Of a stretch of 64,000 nt of DNA, positions 41,963 through 54,128 are shown piece by piece. The notes under the pieces were generated by a model. The model ran no database searches and was not told the origin of the DNA. It worked only from the letters and a program-made list of their open reading frames with translations. Made by a program: the position numbers and the translations under genes. The stretch comes from Geosiphon pyriformis uo1. Lineage: Eukaryota; Fungi; Glomeromycota. Location of the stretch: NCBI GenBank assembly GCA_016748015.1, contig JAAOMT010000627.1, forward strand, positions 124,001 to 188,000, in the 5' to 3' direction. The number at the start of each line of letters is the position of its first letter. Within the stretch, counting starts at the first letter, position 1.

Positions 41963-41980
41963 TGGTGCTCCCTGTGAGGT
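41963..41980 (+). promoter_or_regulatory. Primer binding site of B2, probably elongator tRNA-Met
   Basis: TGGTGCTCCCTGTGAGGT is the complement of ...ACCUCACAGGGAGCA-CCA. Confidence 0.9.
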
Positions 41981-41984
41981 TATA

Positions 41985-44900
41985 AATCTACAAAGACAGA
42001 GCACTCCCAAAAATACATAAAAGTGGCGACTATTAGAACAATAGGAAAGGACCACTCTTCGTATGGAAAAGCACTATTTTAATACTTTCGAAAAGACCTA
42101 GGAATACCAGCAGAAACCGCTTACGCAGAAAGTGATTTTTGTAACTATATCAACGCAAAAATCGACTGCTTGTTAGGCCGTGCAACTGATACAGAAAGAC
42201 TTGGAGAACAAATTCATTAAAGCTTACTAAGGTACTCAACAGCCATGACTACTTGAGCAATTGCTAAAACTCTGCGCATAATCGATACAAACATTAAATA
42301 TTACATAGCACAATGATTCCTTCAAGTATAACAACCAGTGGAATCTGACCCTGAGGAATACAAAAACAAATCCAACAACCCCATAACTGCCCAAGCCAAG
42401 TCCATGGTCAACAAAAAACCAAGGGTCCTCTCCCCAACAACTCCATCATACTATCAGACATCCCAAAGTAGAATTGTATTCAACCCACTCCCGGAAACCC
42501 AGTCGGAAACACCACAAACTCCTGGAAATCCACACTCTTGGAATTAACACAGTTGGACCAAATCACTAGGAGAATATGGATCGCTGTTTGGAAATTTTAC
42601 CCTAGCAGCCAGTCAAACAAAAGAAAACCTGTCAACTTGCGAACAGCCATTAGCACAAAACCTAGCAGAATCAGCATCTCCCCTGATGGAAGAAACAGCT
42701 ATCTTACAACTTATTGGTTCAAATGACAAAAGAAAGCAACCAGCATTAGCACCCAGAGAACACTCAAATACACGGATACCAATCCCTTTAAACATAACCA
42801 GTAACACCCCACCCATTAACCAGATCATGGCTTATTGGAATATTGCTAAATTGGAAAAATTCTCTGGTGAAAAAGATAATGCATATTCTTGAATTGCGGA
42901 TGCCGAGAAAGCAATTACCACTAATGGTTGGAACAATGACTGCACAATTCAGGCACTGCCGTTTTTTCTGACTGGAACCACCAATTCGTGGTACCAGAGC
43001 CTGGCAGAAAAGTCTACCTCCTTTACCAAGTTTAAACTCATATTTCTGCAATACTTCTGTGACCCCAATATGTTAATCCGATTGCAGAATCAATTCAGCA
43101 TAATTAAACAAAAAGATCATGAAGCAATAACTACTTATCTCGGACAATTCAATTAAATCCTGCATCAAATATTAGCTATCAAAAGGAACTACTACACCAT
43201 GGCGCAAGTTTTTAATCAATTCATTAAAAGATTGTGGAGTAGTATTCTAAGATCTGTAAGACCCTGCCATCCAACCAGTTTACAAGATGCCATCACTCTC
43301 GCTTACAATTTTAAGTCTGTAAAACAAAAAGCAAACCATACCCAAGCCATTAATTTAGCCATTAATGGAACCTCTGACATCAATGCAAAGATAATCCAAT
43401 TGAGTAAGAAACTAACTCAGAAAATTGAAGGATTCTTAGCCAAAACTACAGAAACTTACCAACCACCCCAACGGAGAGAAAATAACAACAACAGCAGATA
43501 CCCACAACAACAGAACTGTCAACAACAGCAACAACCTTGAAAATCTAATCCCCACAACTGTTACTACTGCCAGAAACCTGAACACATCACCTATGACTGC
43601 AGAAAAAAGATCATGAACCAAAATCAAGGAAACCCATACTAGCAACCCAAATATCAGCAAAACATGGTACTCCAATATTCTATATCTTAGAATCAACCAC
43701 CCTTATACACACAACAAGTCCCATACACTCAACCACCACCCCAAAATTATTATCAACCACCACCAATGACACAAGCAATCTCTCACTATCAAACTTATTC
43801 TTACAGCCCATCCAGACCTTGAGCTATAGACTATTATCAGGGATGAAGGAATCCCAACAACAATCAAATACAAACCAACAGTAGACCATCTTGACCAATC
43901 CTTCGTGATTCTGCCCAATCTCGACCAACACCAACTGGATACCCAAATCAAGCTTCCTATCTTGGTCTTATGGAAGACCAGGGTTTTGATAAATCTACAC
44001 CTGTGGAAGGGGGGGATATAAAACGAATTTTTCAATCTTCCAAGCAAACAAAAAGCAATATTCCACCAGCCACTATTACTGAAGACACCACTCTAGCTGT
44101 CATATTTTCTTTTGACATTAATAATTTGAACACCCATAGCCTTTTTAGTGGAGCAGCCATCAATCAGGATAAACCAATAATGGCCCTATACACTGATGCC
44201 AGAGTCAGAGGAATAGACATTAAATTAATCCTGGATAGCAAATCAGCCAGTAGCATAATCATGAAGCAGCTCATGGACCAATTAGGTCGCCAAGTAGACC
44301 GTGCTGCTACTGCTCGGATCATTACAGTGGATGGAAACACAAAAACCCCAATAGGAGAAATTGACAACTTCCCTTTTGAGATTAATAGAATCCAAATCTC
44401 TACCAAAGTACTTGTCATAGAAGCTTCTAGTAGAAAACAATTGGTTGTCAAAAGCCAACGCTATTCTCGACTGGAACACCCAAGAACTTCAACTCACATT
44501 TAATGGACAGCATGCCCAAGTCCCAACTACATGCAAACACTTTAAAACCCAATGTACTGAGGAACCCCTTATTGAATTCGAAGACACATTAATACTACCA
44601 ACCATCGAAACCTATCAGGTTTCATGGGTGGATGATTATCGAACTGAACTACCCCCACCACCAATCTGAGAAGAAAAAGGAAAAGGCAGAGCTGAAGAAA
44701 AACCCCAATTGTTATCACTAGGATATGTAACCTCGGACCAAAGAAACTTATTTTACCAACCCCTAAGACTAATATGTGTCAATTGTGGAAAAAAACTATC
44801 CACTATGGGTGCATGTATCAAGGACAATGAAGAATGGCCCATCATTACTAAATACTATTGCAGACCTTGTTTACTGAAAAGATTTGGACAACCAAAATGA

Positions 44901-47798
44901 CAAGGCAAGTGGGACAACATGCCGTGCCTCACATGTGGCAAAATCCTGCCAGATGAAGGACTCTGGAATAATGTGCCTGGCAGAAAAGGAATATGCAACA
45001 AGGCTTGTCAATACACCATATTAATCAATGATTGGGTACAAAAAGAAACCCTCATTGAGAATACTTGGAAACAAGCACTCAACAGGCTGGATGGTTATCT
45101 ACATAATGACCACAAAATCTGGAGAATAACAAGCACCAAGGCCGAAGACGCCACGCCCGAAGAAATACAAGAAATCAAGGACAATCTTTGGATGCCCGAA
45201 TATAATGAACCCGACTATCCTGAGAATGATTTCTTTACAAATAACCCAGATGCATTTTAGAACTGATATCAAGAATTGGCCCCAACTTATGAAGAACAGG
45301 AGCAAAGGTTGGCCAATTTGAATACCAAACTGTGCAATTACTGTTTGATCTCCTGTCATTTCCAGTACTGCGACGAATGTGATCTCATGTTCAATCCGTC
45401 TCCAAGAATACTGTTTCCAATCACCAAACTACCTGAGTTTGAAGAAGAGGTATTGATCACCAAGGACATGTCGTTTTAAGATCCAACTAAGGATACTGAA
45501 ACAGAACAGTATCTTACATATCCCGACCTATTCAAAGAACTAGAGCTAAAATAGTACAATGACAACGAGAAAAGAATCTGCTCCGAAAAAGCACATGACA
45601 CCAATACTGGTTTCGACCTATGATACCCTGAACAATCACCCATCATTATAGCCCCACATTCCCTTGTAAAAATAGATCTTAAGATAGTGTTAGAAATTCC
45701 TGTTAGTATAATAGTACAAGTTGTCTTTTAATCTAGTCTAGCCAAGAAAGGAATCGACATAAAAGGAGGAATCATCAATGCCAGTTACATGGGAAACATC
45801 ATTGTGATGCTACAGAACAATTCGAACAGACCCTACAAAATAGAATTACAAGAAAAAATTGCCCAAGCTATCTTCCTATCTCTAGTCAAAATACCCCAAT
45901 TAACCCCAGTAACAACCCAAGAAGAGTTAGACCTCACTGTCTGAGGAATCAACAGGTTTAAATCAAGTGGAAGAGGAAACATACCAGTTAATTTTACGGA
46001 GGAAGACAGTAATCAGATAGAATTTATCAACACTGACACCATCATCTCCATTCCCCCATATTGACAATACATTCTTAAGGTGAATTGAAAGATCCAAGAT
46101 CAAGTCCTGTTATTCGAAGCCAGTCCTGAAATCTGTTCCCTAGCCGATGTTACTAATCTATATCTACTGGCCAAAGCCCATAAACACTTCAAAATCCCCA
46201 TCCACAACCCGACAGAAGATGTCATTCAAATCCCTAAAGGGACCCTTGTCAGTTCCATATCCGCAGATATTCAAAATTCTGAAAAACCCCAGTCCATTCC
46301 AGATTTTGCACAATTATTCTTATTCTGTAACATTACCTCACAAGTATAGAATTTGCCAAAAGAAAGTTACTTGTTCACACCAGAAGAGATCAATAAATTG
46401 AATTTAAGAAATTTAAGTATTCTGCAACAAATGCAACTCAAAGTCGTTCTGAATCAGTATGCCGATGTCTTTGCCAGCAAAAATGAGTTTGAACACACCG
46501 ACATCGTGAAGCATCAAATTGATATGGGAGATGCTCAACTGATTAAGCAACGAGCTTACCACGTACTCACATCTGGTGATAATCTAATTAAGCAAGAAGT
46601 ACAATGGATGCTTGATAACAGCCTAATCAAAGAAACATTAAGCCCTTGGTTCTTACCAGTAGTCTTGGTCACCAAAAAAAATGGAAAAGTGCAATTCTGC
46701 ATAGATTATTGAAAACTAAATAGTGTTATGCGAAGAGATAGTTATTCCACTCCTCTCATCCAGGAAATTCTGGATAATCTAGAGAAAAAGAAATGGTTCT
46801 CATTATTAGATTTAGCAAGTGGTTACTGGCAAGTTGAAATGGACCCCAAAGACAAAGAAAAAACAGTGTTTACCACTCGAGACGGAAACTTCGAGTTTAA
46901 CGTAATGCTTTTTGGACTTTGTAATGCTTCTGCTATGTTTCAATGCCTGATGGATGTAGTATACAAAGGAATCTTTTGGAAATTAGTAGTAGTCTACTTA
47001 GACAATACAAACGTGTTCTCTGAAACATTCGAAGACCATCTGCTTCACTTGCAACAAGTCTTCGAATGCCTTCATAGTGCCAGATTGAAACTCAATCCCG
47101 AGAAGTGCTTCTTTGGAAAAACTGAGTTAAAATTCCTAGAACATGTAATCAGCAAAGACAGAGTTAAATCTGATCCAAATAAAGTACAAAAAGTCAAGAA
47201 TTTTCCAGCTCCAATCAACCTCAAAAAATTACGAGGATTTCTAGGATTGGCAGAATATTATCGTCAATTTGTCAAAGATTTCTCAGACATTGCAAAACCA
47301 CTTCATCAATTGTTGTCTAAATACGTACTGTACTTGTGAAAGGAAGATCAACAAAAAGCATTCAACTATTTCAAGCAGCGATTGATCACATCCCCAATTC
47401 TGATTTACCCAGATTTCACTAAACAGTTCATTATCGCTACGAATGTCTCGAAAAATGCTCTAGGAGCAGTCTTATTACAGATAAGACCAGACAATAGAGA
47501 ACACCCAGTTGTCTACACTAGTTGCAGCACTAGCCCAGCAGAAAAGAATTACAGCACAACAGATCTGGAATGTCTTGCCATTTATTGGGCTGTACAGACT
47601 TGGAAACATTACTTCAGTCAACCATTTGACTTATATACCAACCACAAAGGACTTATTTGGTTACTCAACAATCCACAACTAAAAAGAAAATATATGAGAT
47701 GGAGTACTTATTTGCAACAATTCCCACTCAAAGTTCATTACAAGGAAGGATTCAAGAACACCAATGCCAACAGTTTGTCGAGGATGCCACAAACCTAA
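41985..47798 (+). pseudogene. B2 gag-PR-Cys-rich-dUTPase-RT-RNase H pseudogene (ancestrally one ORF)
   Basis: IAKLEKFSGE, CYYCQKPEHITYDC knuckle (~43558), LILDSKSA, GFDL/GGIINASYMG/KIAQAIF, LDLASGYWQV, VVYLDN, IATNVS, NANSLSR*; gag ORF 43199 and PR ORF 43970 share a frame. Confidence 0.94.
45560..45975 (+). pseudogene. dut: dUTPase domain within B2 pol
   Basis: All five trimeric dUTPase motifs in order: TGFDL, SSLAKKG, GGIINASYMG, EKIAQAIF, GINRFKSSG. Confidence 0.88.
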
Positions 47799-47808
47799 TC
47801 CCAGACCT

Positions 47809-50054
47809 ATGAACACACTCACTTATTAACGACTACATTAGTACCTATCGACACTATGTTTCAAGGAGATATTATCTCAACAGGAACAGAGTACCATATG
47901 AAAACAAGCCCAAAATTATTTTATTTAAGACAACCAACTATATTGACGAGAACATCAAAACCATTCCAACTCACAATAACTAATCAAGGACAGTGAAAGA
48001 AAAACTATACTATATAGCATGCACTCAGATTCGACTGCAGAACACTTTAACAAAGATGCTACCCTCGAAAGAACACTAAACTTATACTATTAGCCAATAA
48101 TGTACAAAAACATTTTTGAATATGTGCTCAATTGTGACGCATGCCAGTGAAGAGAAAAAACAAGATCAACAGAACTATTTCAACCCATTCTAGTTGGAAA
48201 TCCATTTGATAGAATTGGGATCAATTTGGTTGGACCTCTTTCAATTACATCCCAAGGAAATTGCTATATCGTTGTAGCCGTTGTTACAGGTGATTATTTC
48301 TGCTGTTGAATTAAATAATAAACCCATAACTTGGTGCTCAAAAGCTACTTCCATTAAGGCTGTTCTGAAGGTGCTGTATCTGAAGGTTTTGATGGATTTA
48401 AAGGTTTTGGTTGAGTCTTTTGTATAATGAACAGAGATTCAATAGTGTTGATAGTAGATATATTTTCCAAGAGTTTTCCCAATTTCTTTCTCAGCGTGGT
48501 GGCCAGATTTAGTTTGGCAGTCATGCCTTTCTGGTAAGCTATCCAATAATATATAAAATCCTACCTGTATTTTTGGGTCTTTTACCAGGCTATTCTTGAC
48601 GTCAATAACTCAGTGCTTAATCTTTTATCAATTAGTATATAACAACAAATCAAAATAAAATAAAGAAAAAGAAATAAAAGAAAAATAAAGAAAGCAAAGA
48701 AATAAGCCAATGTGATTTGCAGATTAGTATCCCGTCAATAGCCATGATCAAGAGCTATTGTTCCAGCGTGGTTAAGTATCAATTACTATCAACATGAAAA
48801 GTTGATAATGGGAAGTGGATTTGAGATATGAATAATTATTTATTTGATGATTGTGTTTCTAGGTTAAGGATTCTGTGGTATTGATTCTGTTTTTAACACT
48901 ACTGCTATATATACATAATTGAGATTCCTCAATTTTTCAATTTTTCACGACAGGAATCCTGGAATTCCTGGAATCCTGCAATTACTTTGAGAAGAATCCT
49001 GGAATTCTGGAATCCTGCAATTCCTCATTGGGAATCCTGAAATTCCTAGAATCCTGCAATTCCTAAGAGGAATTCTGGAATTCTACATTTACTATGCTTA
49101 CTTCTGATTGGCTAATAATTATGCTAATATATTTCTTATATTTCTATGAATAACACCATAGACTATCTTACAAAATGGCCAGAAGCCAGAGCAATCCAAG
49201 TGGCCGATGCCAAAACAGTAGCCAAATTTGTGCATCAAGACCTAATTTGCCGACATAGATGTCCAAAAGAATTATTATCTAATCAGGAAACACACTTTGT
49301 TAATAATACACTGACTGAACTAAGCCAATGGTTTGGAATAAAAAAACCCTTATCATTACCATACCACCCACAAACAAACGGACTGGTAGAACAATTTAAC
49401 AGAACACTGTACAAAGCACTAGTAAAAATAAGTCATGAAAACAGACAAGAATGGGACTTATTTATACCTTCTGTACTCTTTGCATACTGAACATTGAAAC
49501 AAAATATGACTCAGTTCACACCGTTCGAACTAGTCTATGGAAGAAAAGCTATGTTACTGATTGAACAAGTAATACCATTATACCCAACAGAAACAATCAA
49601 TGAAGAAAATTTTAAAGTTATCTTACACCAAAGAATGTACCAGCTAATAGAAACATTGGAAAACAATCGAAGAACAACAGCTGACAATATTAGTCATGCT
49701 CAAGAATGACAAAAAGAAAGACATAATAAACACCTATCAGAACAACCAATGGAATTCAAGATTAGAGACCAAGTACTGTTACATTGTACAAAAGCTGAGA
49801 AACAGTGGAGTGGAAAGTTTGACCCAAAGTGGGATGGTTCATTCCACATACACAAAGCATTAGGAAATAAAGCTTACAAATTACGATTGGAAGACAGGAT
49901 TTTAAAGAAAGTAGCACATGGAAATCAGTTAAAAATTTATTATGTAAAACAAGAATCATCGTTATCAGTACCTCAACTAGAAACACAAATTTCATTAATC
50001 AGACCAGAAGATATACCATGAGATCTGGAACCAATCATTGTTATTGAAACATAA
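47809..50054 (+). pseudogene. B2 integrase (separate ORF), interrupted by a solo LTR
   Basis: ATG at 47809; HHCC; YIVVA|IDYLTKWPE; PYHPQTNGLVEQFNRTL; FKIRDQV..KWDGSF. Confidence 0.92.
48282..49155 (-). repeat. Solo LTR (family A), well preserved
   Basis: TGTTAC...ATAACA; TSD CCGT/CCAT. Confidence 0.94.
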
Positions 50055-50134
50055 ACAACAGACAGCAAATTAAATTGGAGAATTCAAATATATATAGCAT
50101 CTGAAAAGCAGCAAGAAACAATAGAAATTTCAAC

Positions 50135-50869
50135 ATGGACCTTTTAGATCAAATTTTAAAATTATCTAAACAATTATTTGAAACAATTCAAAAATCAACA
50201 TCTTAAATAGAAATAACAATTGATAAAAAAGAGATACAGTACAAAGATAAGAGCAGGAGAGAGGAGGACAAGAGTTCAATTAGAACTAAATGTTTCTTCC
50301 CCTACCCACTACCTGAAAGGCAATGTTGAAGGAAAAATTGTCTTCAGGCGGAAAGTGGAAAAGAAGGAGGCAAAAAATGAAAAAAAAGTTACAAAAGAAG
50401 ATACTTGGTCCCCAAGCTCGAAGAAATAAAAGAAGCTTTAGCTTGTAGAACCGAACTCCCTAAAACAGGGGAGTGGACACTTGACAATGCCCAGGAATGG
50501 AAAGAAAGACTTCCTCCAGCTTATTGGTTCTACAAAATTGGAGAACAGCTTGACTTGAAAACACTATACAAAGACCTCAGCCAGAAAACGTTCAACAAAG
50601 AAGCAATACAACAAGTAGAAAAATTTGTAAGAAAAAACAACCTGACCCTATATTACAAAGCAGCATACCAACTATACGCTTCCTTCTAATATTGCCCAAA
50701 CATACTACTGAACAGATCTATGAAAACCATAACAGTTAACAACATAGGACGAATAACCAATCAACAGTTCAAAGACCTACAAAAGACAATACTTAAGGCA
50801 ACAATCAAACATTACATGAACAAAGCCACAATAACAGATACATATGGTTTTGCAGAAGCTTAATTTTAA
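50135..50869 (+). pseudogene. B2 ORF3, unknown function
   Basis: MDLLDQILKLSKQLFE...AYWFYKIGEQL...YYKAAYQLYASF; ends at the PPT. Confidence 0.75.
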
Positions 50870-50880
50870 AAAGAGAGGGA
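50868..50880 (+). promoter_or_regulatory. Polypurine tract of B2
   Basis: AAAAAGAGAGGGA, 3 nt before the 3' LTR. Confidence 0.9.
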
Positions 50881-50883
50881 TAA

Positions 50884-51973
50884 TGTTACCCGAGTAGAAA
50901 AACCAATCCAAAGTTATGAAGAAATGTGACCAAAATGTGACATAATACAGAATAACACACAATAATGTTGAATAATGTGTTATAACGTAGGGTAACGTGT
51001 TATAATGCAAGATAACACAGAATAGTGTGTAATAACGTAGAATAACATATTATAATGCAGGATAACACAGAATAACATGTAATAATGTCAGATAACATGT
51101 TATAACATAGGATAACTAGTGATAAAGTAGAAAAACAAAGCAATAACAGAAACAACAAAGCAATAGCTAGCAATAGCAAGACAATTGAAAGCAATCCTAT
51201 AAAACCAAAAGAATGTATAAAAGCAAGTAGTGGTAGAAGTAAGAAAAGACAGACAGATAGATATGAACTTCTAGACAAGAATTAAAATTATCTATACCCT
51301 TTCATCCTTTATTATCTTCTCTATTTCATCTCTTAAAATAAACCAATTATTAAAGAAATTAGAATCACAAATTCATGTTCTCGAACTTTGTGGAATTTAC
51401 GTGAATTAACCCTTGTCTTATACCTCCATTCTAGAACAGATGCTCTTAGCATAACTGTCTTAAACCTATTAATAATTTAGACCAATTGCTTTTGATCACG
51501 GTAATTGATAATACTAATTTATCTTTTCTCTCTTTTCTTTTCTTTTCTTTTTCTTTTTCTTTTTCTTTTTTTTTCTGTCTTATTTTTGTGGAGCAGCAAC
51601 ATAGTAAAATTGACTGTCTGAAAATAGACTTTGTGATAGCCTGGTAAAAGAGGGAAGCTCTCCCTAAGTTTTGAATATTAACATTATCTTGTTAGCTTAC
51701 CAGAAGAGCAAAAAGACAATGCCAGACCCTAACAACTGTGCTCGTTAGCTCGGAAAAGAAAGCTCACATTTATAAAAAACGTTGCAATCAATGAAAAACA
51801 AACTCTGTGCTTTATAACCAAAGAACTCAATAGGTAAAATTCACATCCAGGAATAGACCTTTAGAGACTGATAATTAAGACTAAGTCAACAGAATTACGC
51901 GGAAAATGCATCATCAATAATTAAGAGCACCAAATGTTACCATTTTCTATACCTACCAAGTTTACCCATAACA
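50884..51973 (+). repeat. B2 3' LTR
   Basis: Repeat of 40877-41960. Confidence 0.96.
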
Positions 51974-52125
51974 CCGTGTTTTCTGACATTGCTCTACATT
52001 GCTAAGCAATGTGCCATGATTTCTGTTATTGCTCTACATTGCTGAGCAATATGCTCATGTGCTACCTACTATCCACTTATTGGTTTACTATTTTCTTTAT
52101 ATCTGTTTTTTTTTTATAAGTAATA
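51974..52125 (-). repeat. Element H 3' LTR, U3 start
   Basis: Array continuation; ends GTAATA next to the reverse-complement PPT. Confidence 0.85.
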
Positions 52126-52140
52126 TTATCTCCTTCTTTT

Positions 52141-52802
52141 TTAATATTGAGCTCCATTAAAATCCTTATTCTGAATTAACTCCAATACTTCTTTTTCTAG
52201 TATTGCTTGTTCGACTTTATTTTTTATGTCTTTTACTTGTACATTATTCATTCTTCCCTATTGGTTAATGATTATGGTTTCTATGTTAGAATATAACAGT
52301 ATTTCTGAATAGTTCTGAAATATGTTGTGCAGTCAATAAATTGTTCTCACATGTAGTGTCAAGTTTGTTTTTTTTTCAATAAATTCTTCAATTTGCTGTA
52401 TTATGTTTTGGTTAAATATTTTCTTGGATTTGTCGATATACAATTCCTGAATATTCAACTTCCAACTTAACTGGTAGTAACAGTATAATATTGGAAGTTG
52501 TTCTGTTCATTTGATATTGGAAGTTGTTCTGTCCATTGCTTCCAATTCTCTTTTGTTAATTCTTCTGTTGGTGTCATAATAGGTATTTTCCCAAAAGTGT
52601 TCTTTATTTTTTCTATTACATTATCTGACCAGTTTTTATCATTCTTTGGTAACCGCTAATATGGTGTATTCTTTGTCTTACTTTTGGTATTTTGATAGCA
52701 AATTGTTTGGTTGTTAATGATAATTTCCAAGTCTAAAGGTTGTTGACTTAAGGCCTGGAATAATTGTTGAGCTATGGTGTCAATATAATCTGGTATTTCC
52801 AT
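52141..52802 (-). pseudogene. Element H ORF3
   Basis: MEIPDYIDTIAQQLFQ...GAQY*; homologous to ORF3 of A and G. Confidence 0.72.
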
Positions 52803-53461
52803 TTTCTTGGTTGCTTTTGTCACATATACTGTGTCTTTATATACTCTTTTATTGTTTGATTTTACATGTTTGGTCCAATGATTATAATTGGTTCCAGATC
52901 TCATGGAATCTTATCTGGTTGGACTAGTATTTATTGTACTCCTAATTGTGGAATGTTATTGGTAGATGATGATGCTATTTGATAATATGGTTTTAGTCAA
53001 TCACCATGTGCTGCTTTGGCTAAGATTTTGTTGTCTCATCTTAGTTTATAAGCTCTATTTCCAAGAATTTCTTTAATGTGAAATAGTTTGTCTTATTTGG
53101 GGCCAAATTTTCCACTCCATTGTTTTTCTGCTTTGATATGGTGTAATAGTACTTTGTCTCTAATCTGGAATTCAACTGGTTTATTTGGTAGTTGGTTATC
53201 ATGTCATTCTTTTTGCTTTTTTTGTGACTTTTGAATGTTGTCAGCTGCTTTTCATCATCTGTTTTCTAGTGTTTCTATCAAGTTATATGTTCTTCTTAGC
53301 AACGTTTTCTGAAAATTGTCTTCAGTTATTGGTTTTGTTGGATAAGTGTTGACTTTTATCTCAACTAGTAATGTTACTGTTCTACCATATACTAATTCAA
53401 ATGGTGTTGCTTATGTAGTGTCTTGCTTCATTGTTTAATAAGCAAATAATACTAATAGTAT

Positions 53462-54128
53462 TATTACGAATTGGAGTAACAAGCTAACAAATAGCAAGGA
53501 AGAATAGTATTGTATGGTGATAGAAATAAACAAAGAGGGAATTACAATAAGGGAGTGAATTGAATAAGTAGGAATTCAATGTGTGTGATCAGTCTCATAA
53601 AAATCACAGTTGCTAATCTTTTCTTAAATCTGAAGATAGAGGAATAGTCCGTGATTGTCAACAAGATAACACCACTGCTATTATTCTATGCCTCAACTCG
53701 GTGATTCTTAGAATCAATAACAGGTATCATTGTACTTTTCAATTGTTTCTTTATTCAATGAATTACAAGAGCAAGCCAATTGCTTCTCAGGCTAATTCTA
53801 ACAAATACAAATCAAGAAAGGGAAAAGATAAGGTATGTAAATGCCAACAAGTAGATACTTGAAGGTAAGGAAAGGGGAATAAGTGATTATGAGAGGAAGT
53901 AATTGATATTGTTTTATTTCGTTACTTTGATCATGTCTTTCTACAGCTAAGGGAATCATTACTTATATAGCTATCTAAAGTGGTCAATAATCAGGTCAAT
54001 GATTAGGTCAATGGTCAGATCATTGATCAGGTCAACAATCACTATCTAAAAATAGGGTGGCTAATTATATGACATCAGTGGCTAATACATGTGATAACTA
54101 ATAAAAACTATGAGTTTCAACTATAACA
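53462..54128 (-). repeat. D 3' LTR
   Basis: Repeat of 60461-61188 with a shorter 12-bp array. Confidence 0.95.

Larger units (their letters stand above)
40877..51973 (+). mobile_element. Element B2: full-length gypsy element, family B, containing one solo LTR
   Basis: LTRs 40877-41960 and 50884-51973, intact PBS, PPT, TSD CCAT/CCGT. Confidence 0.96.

Noticed and set aside
49749-50054. Chromodomain at the integrase C-terminus
   Set aside because: Only a GPY/F-type tail is seen; no chromodomain signature
53985-54040. Nuclear-receptor AGGTCA response elements
   Set aside because: Probably a coincidence of the 12-bp unit; no evidence of a metazoan host
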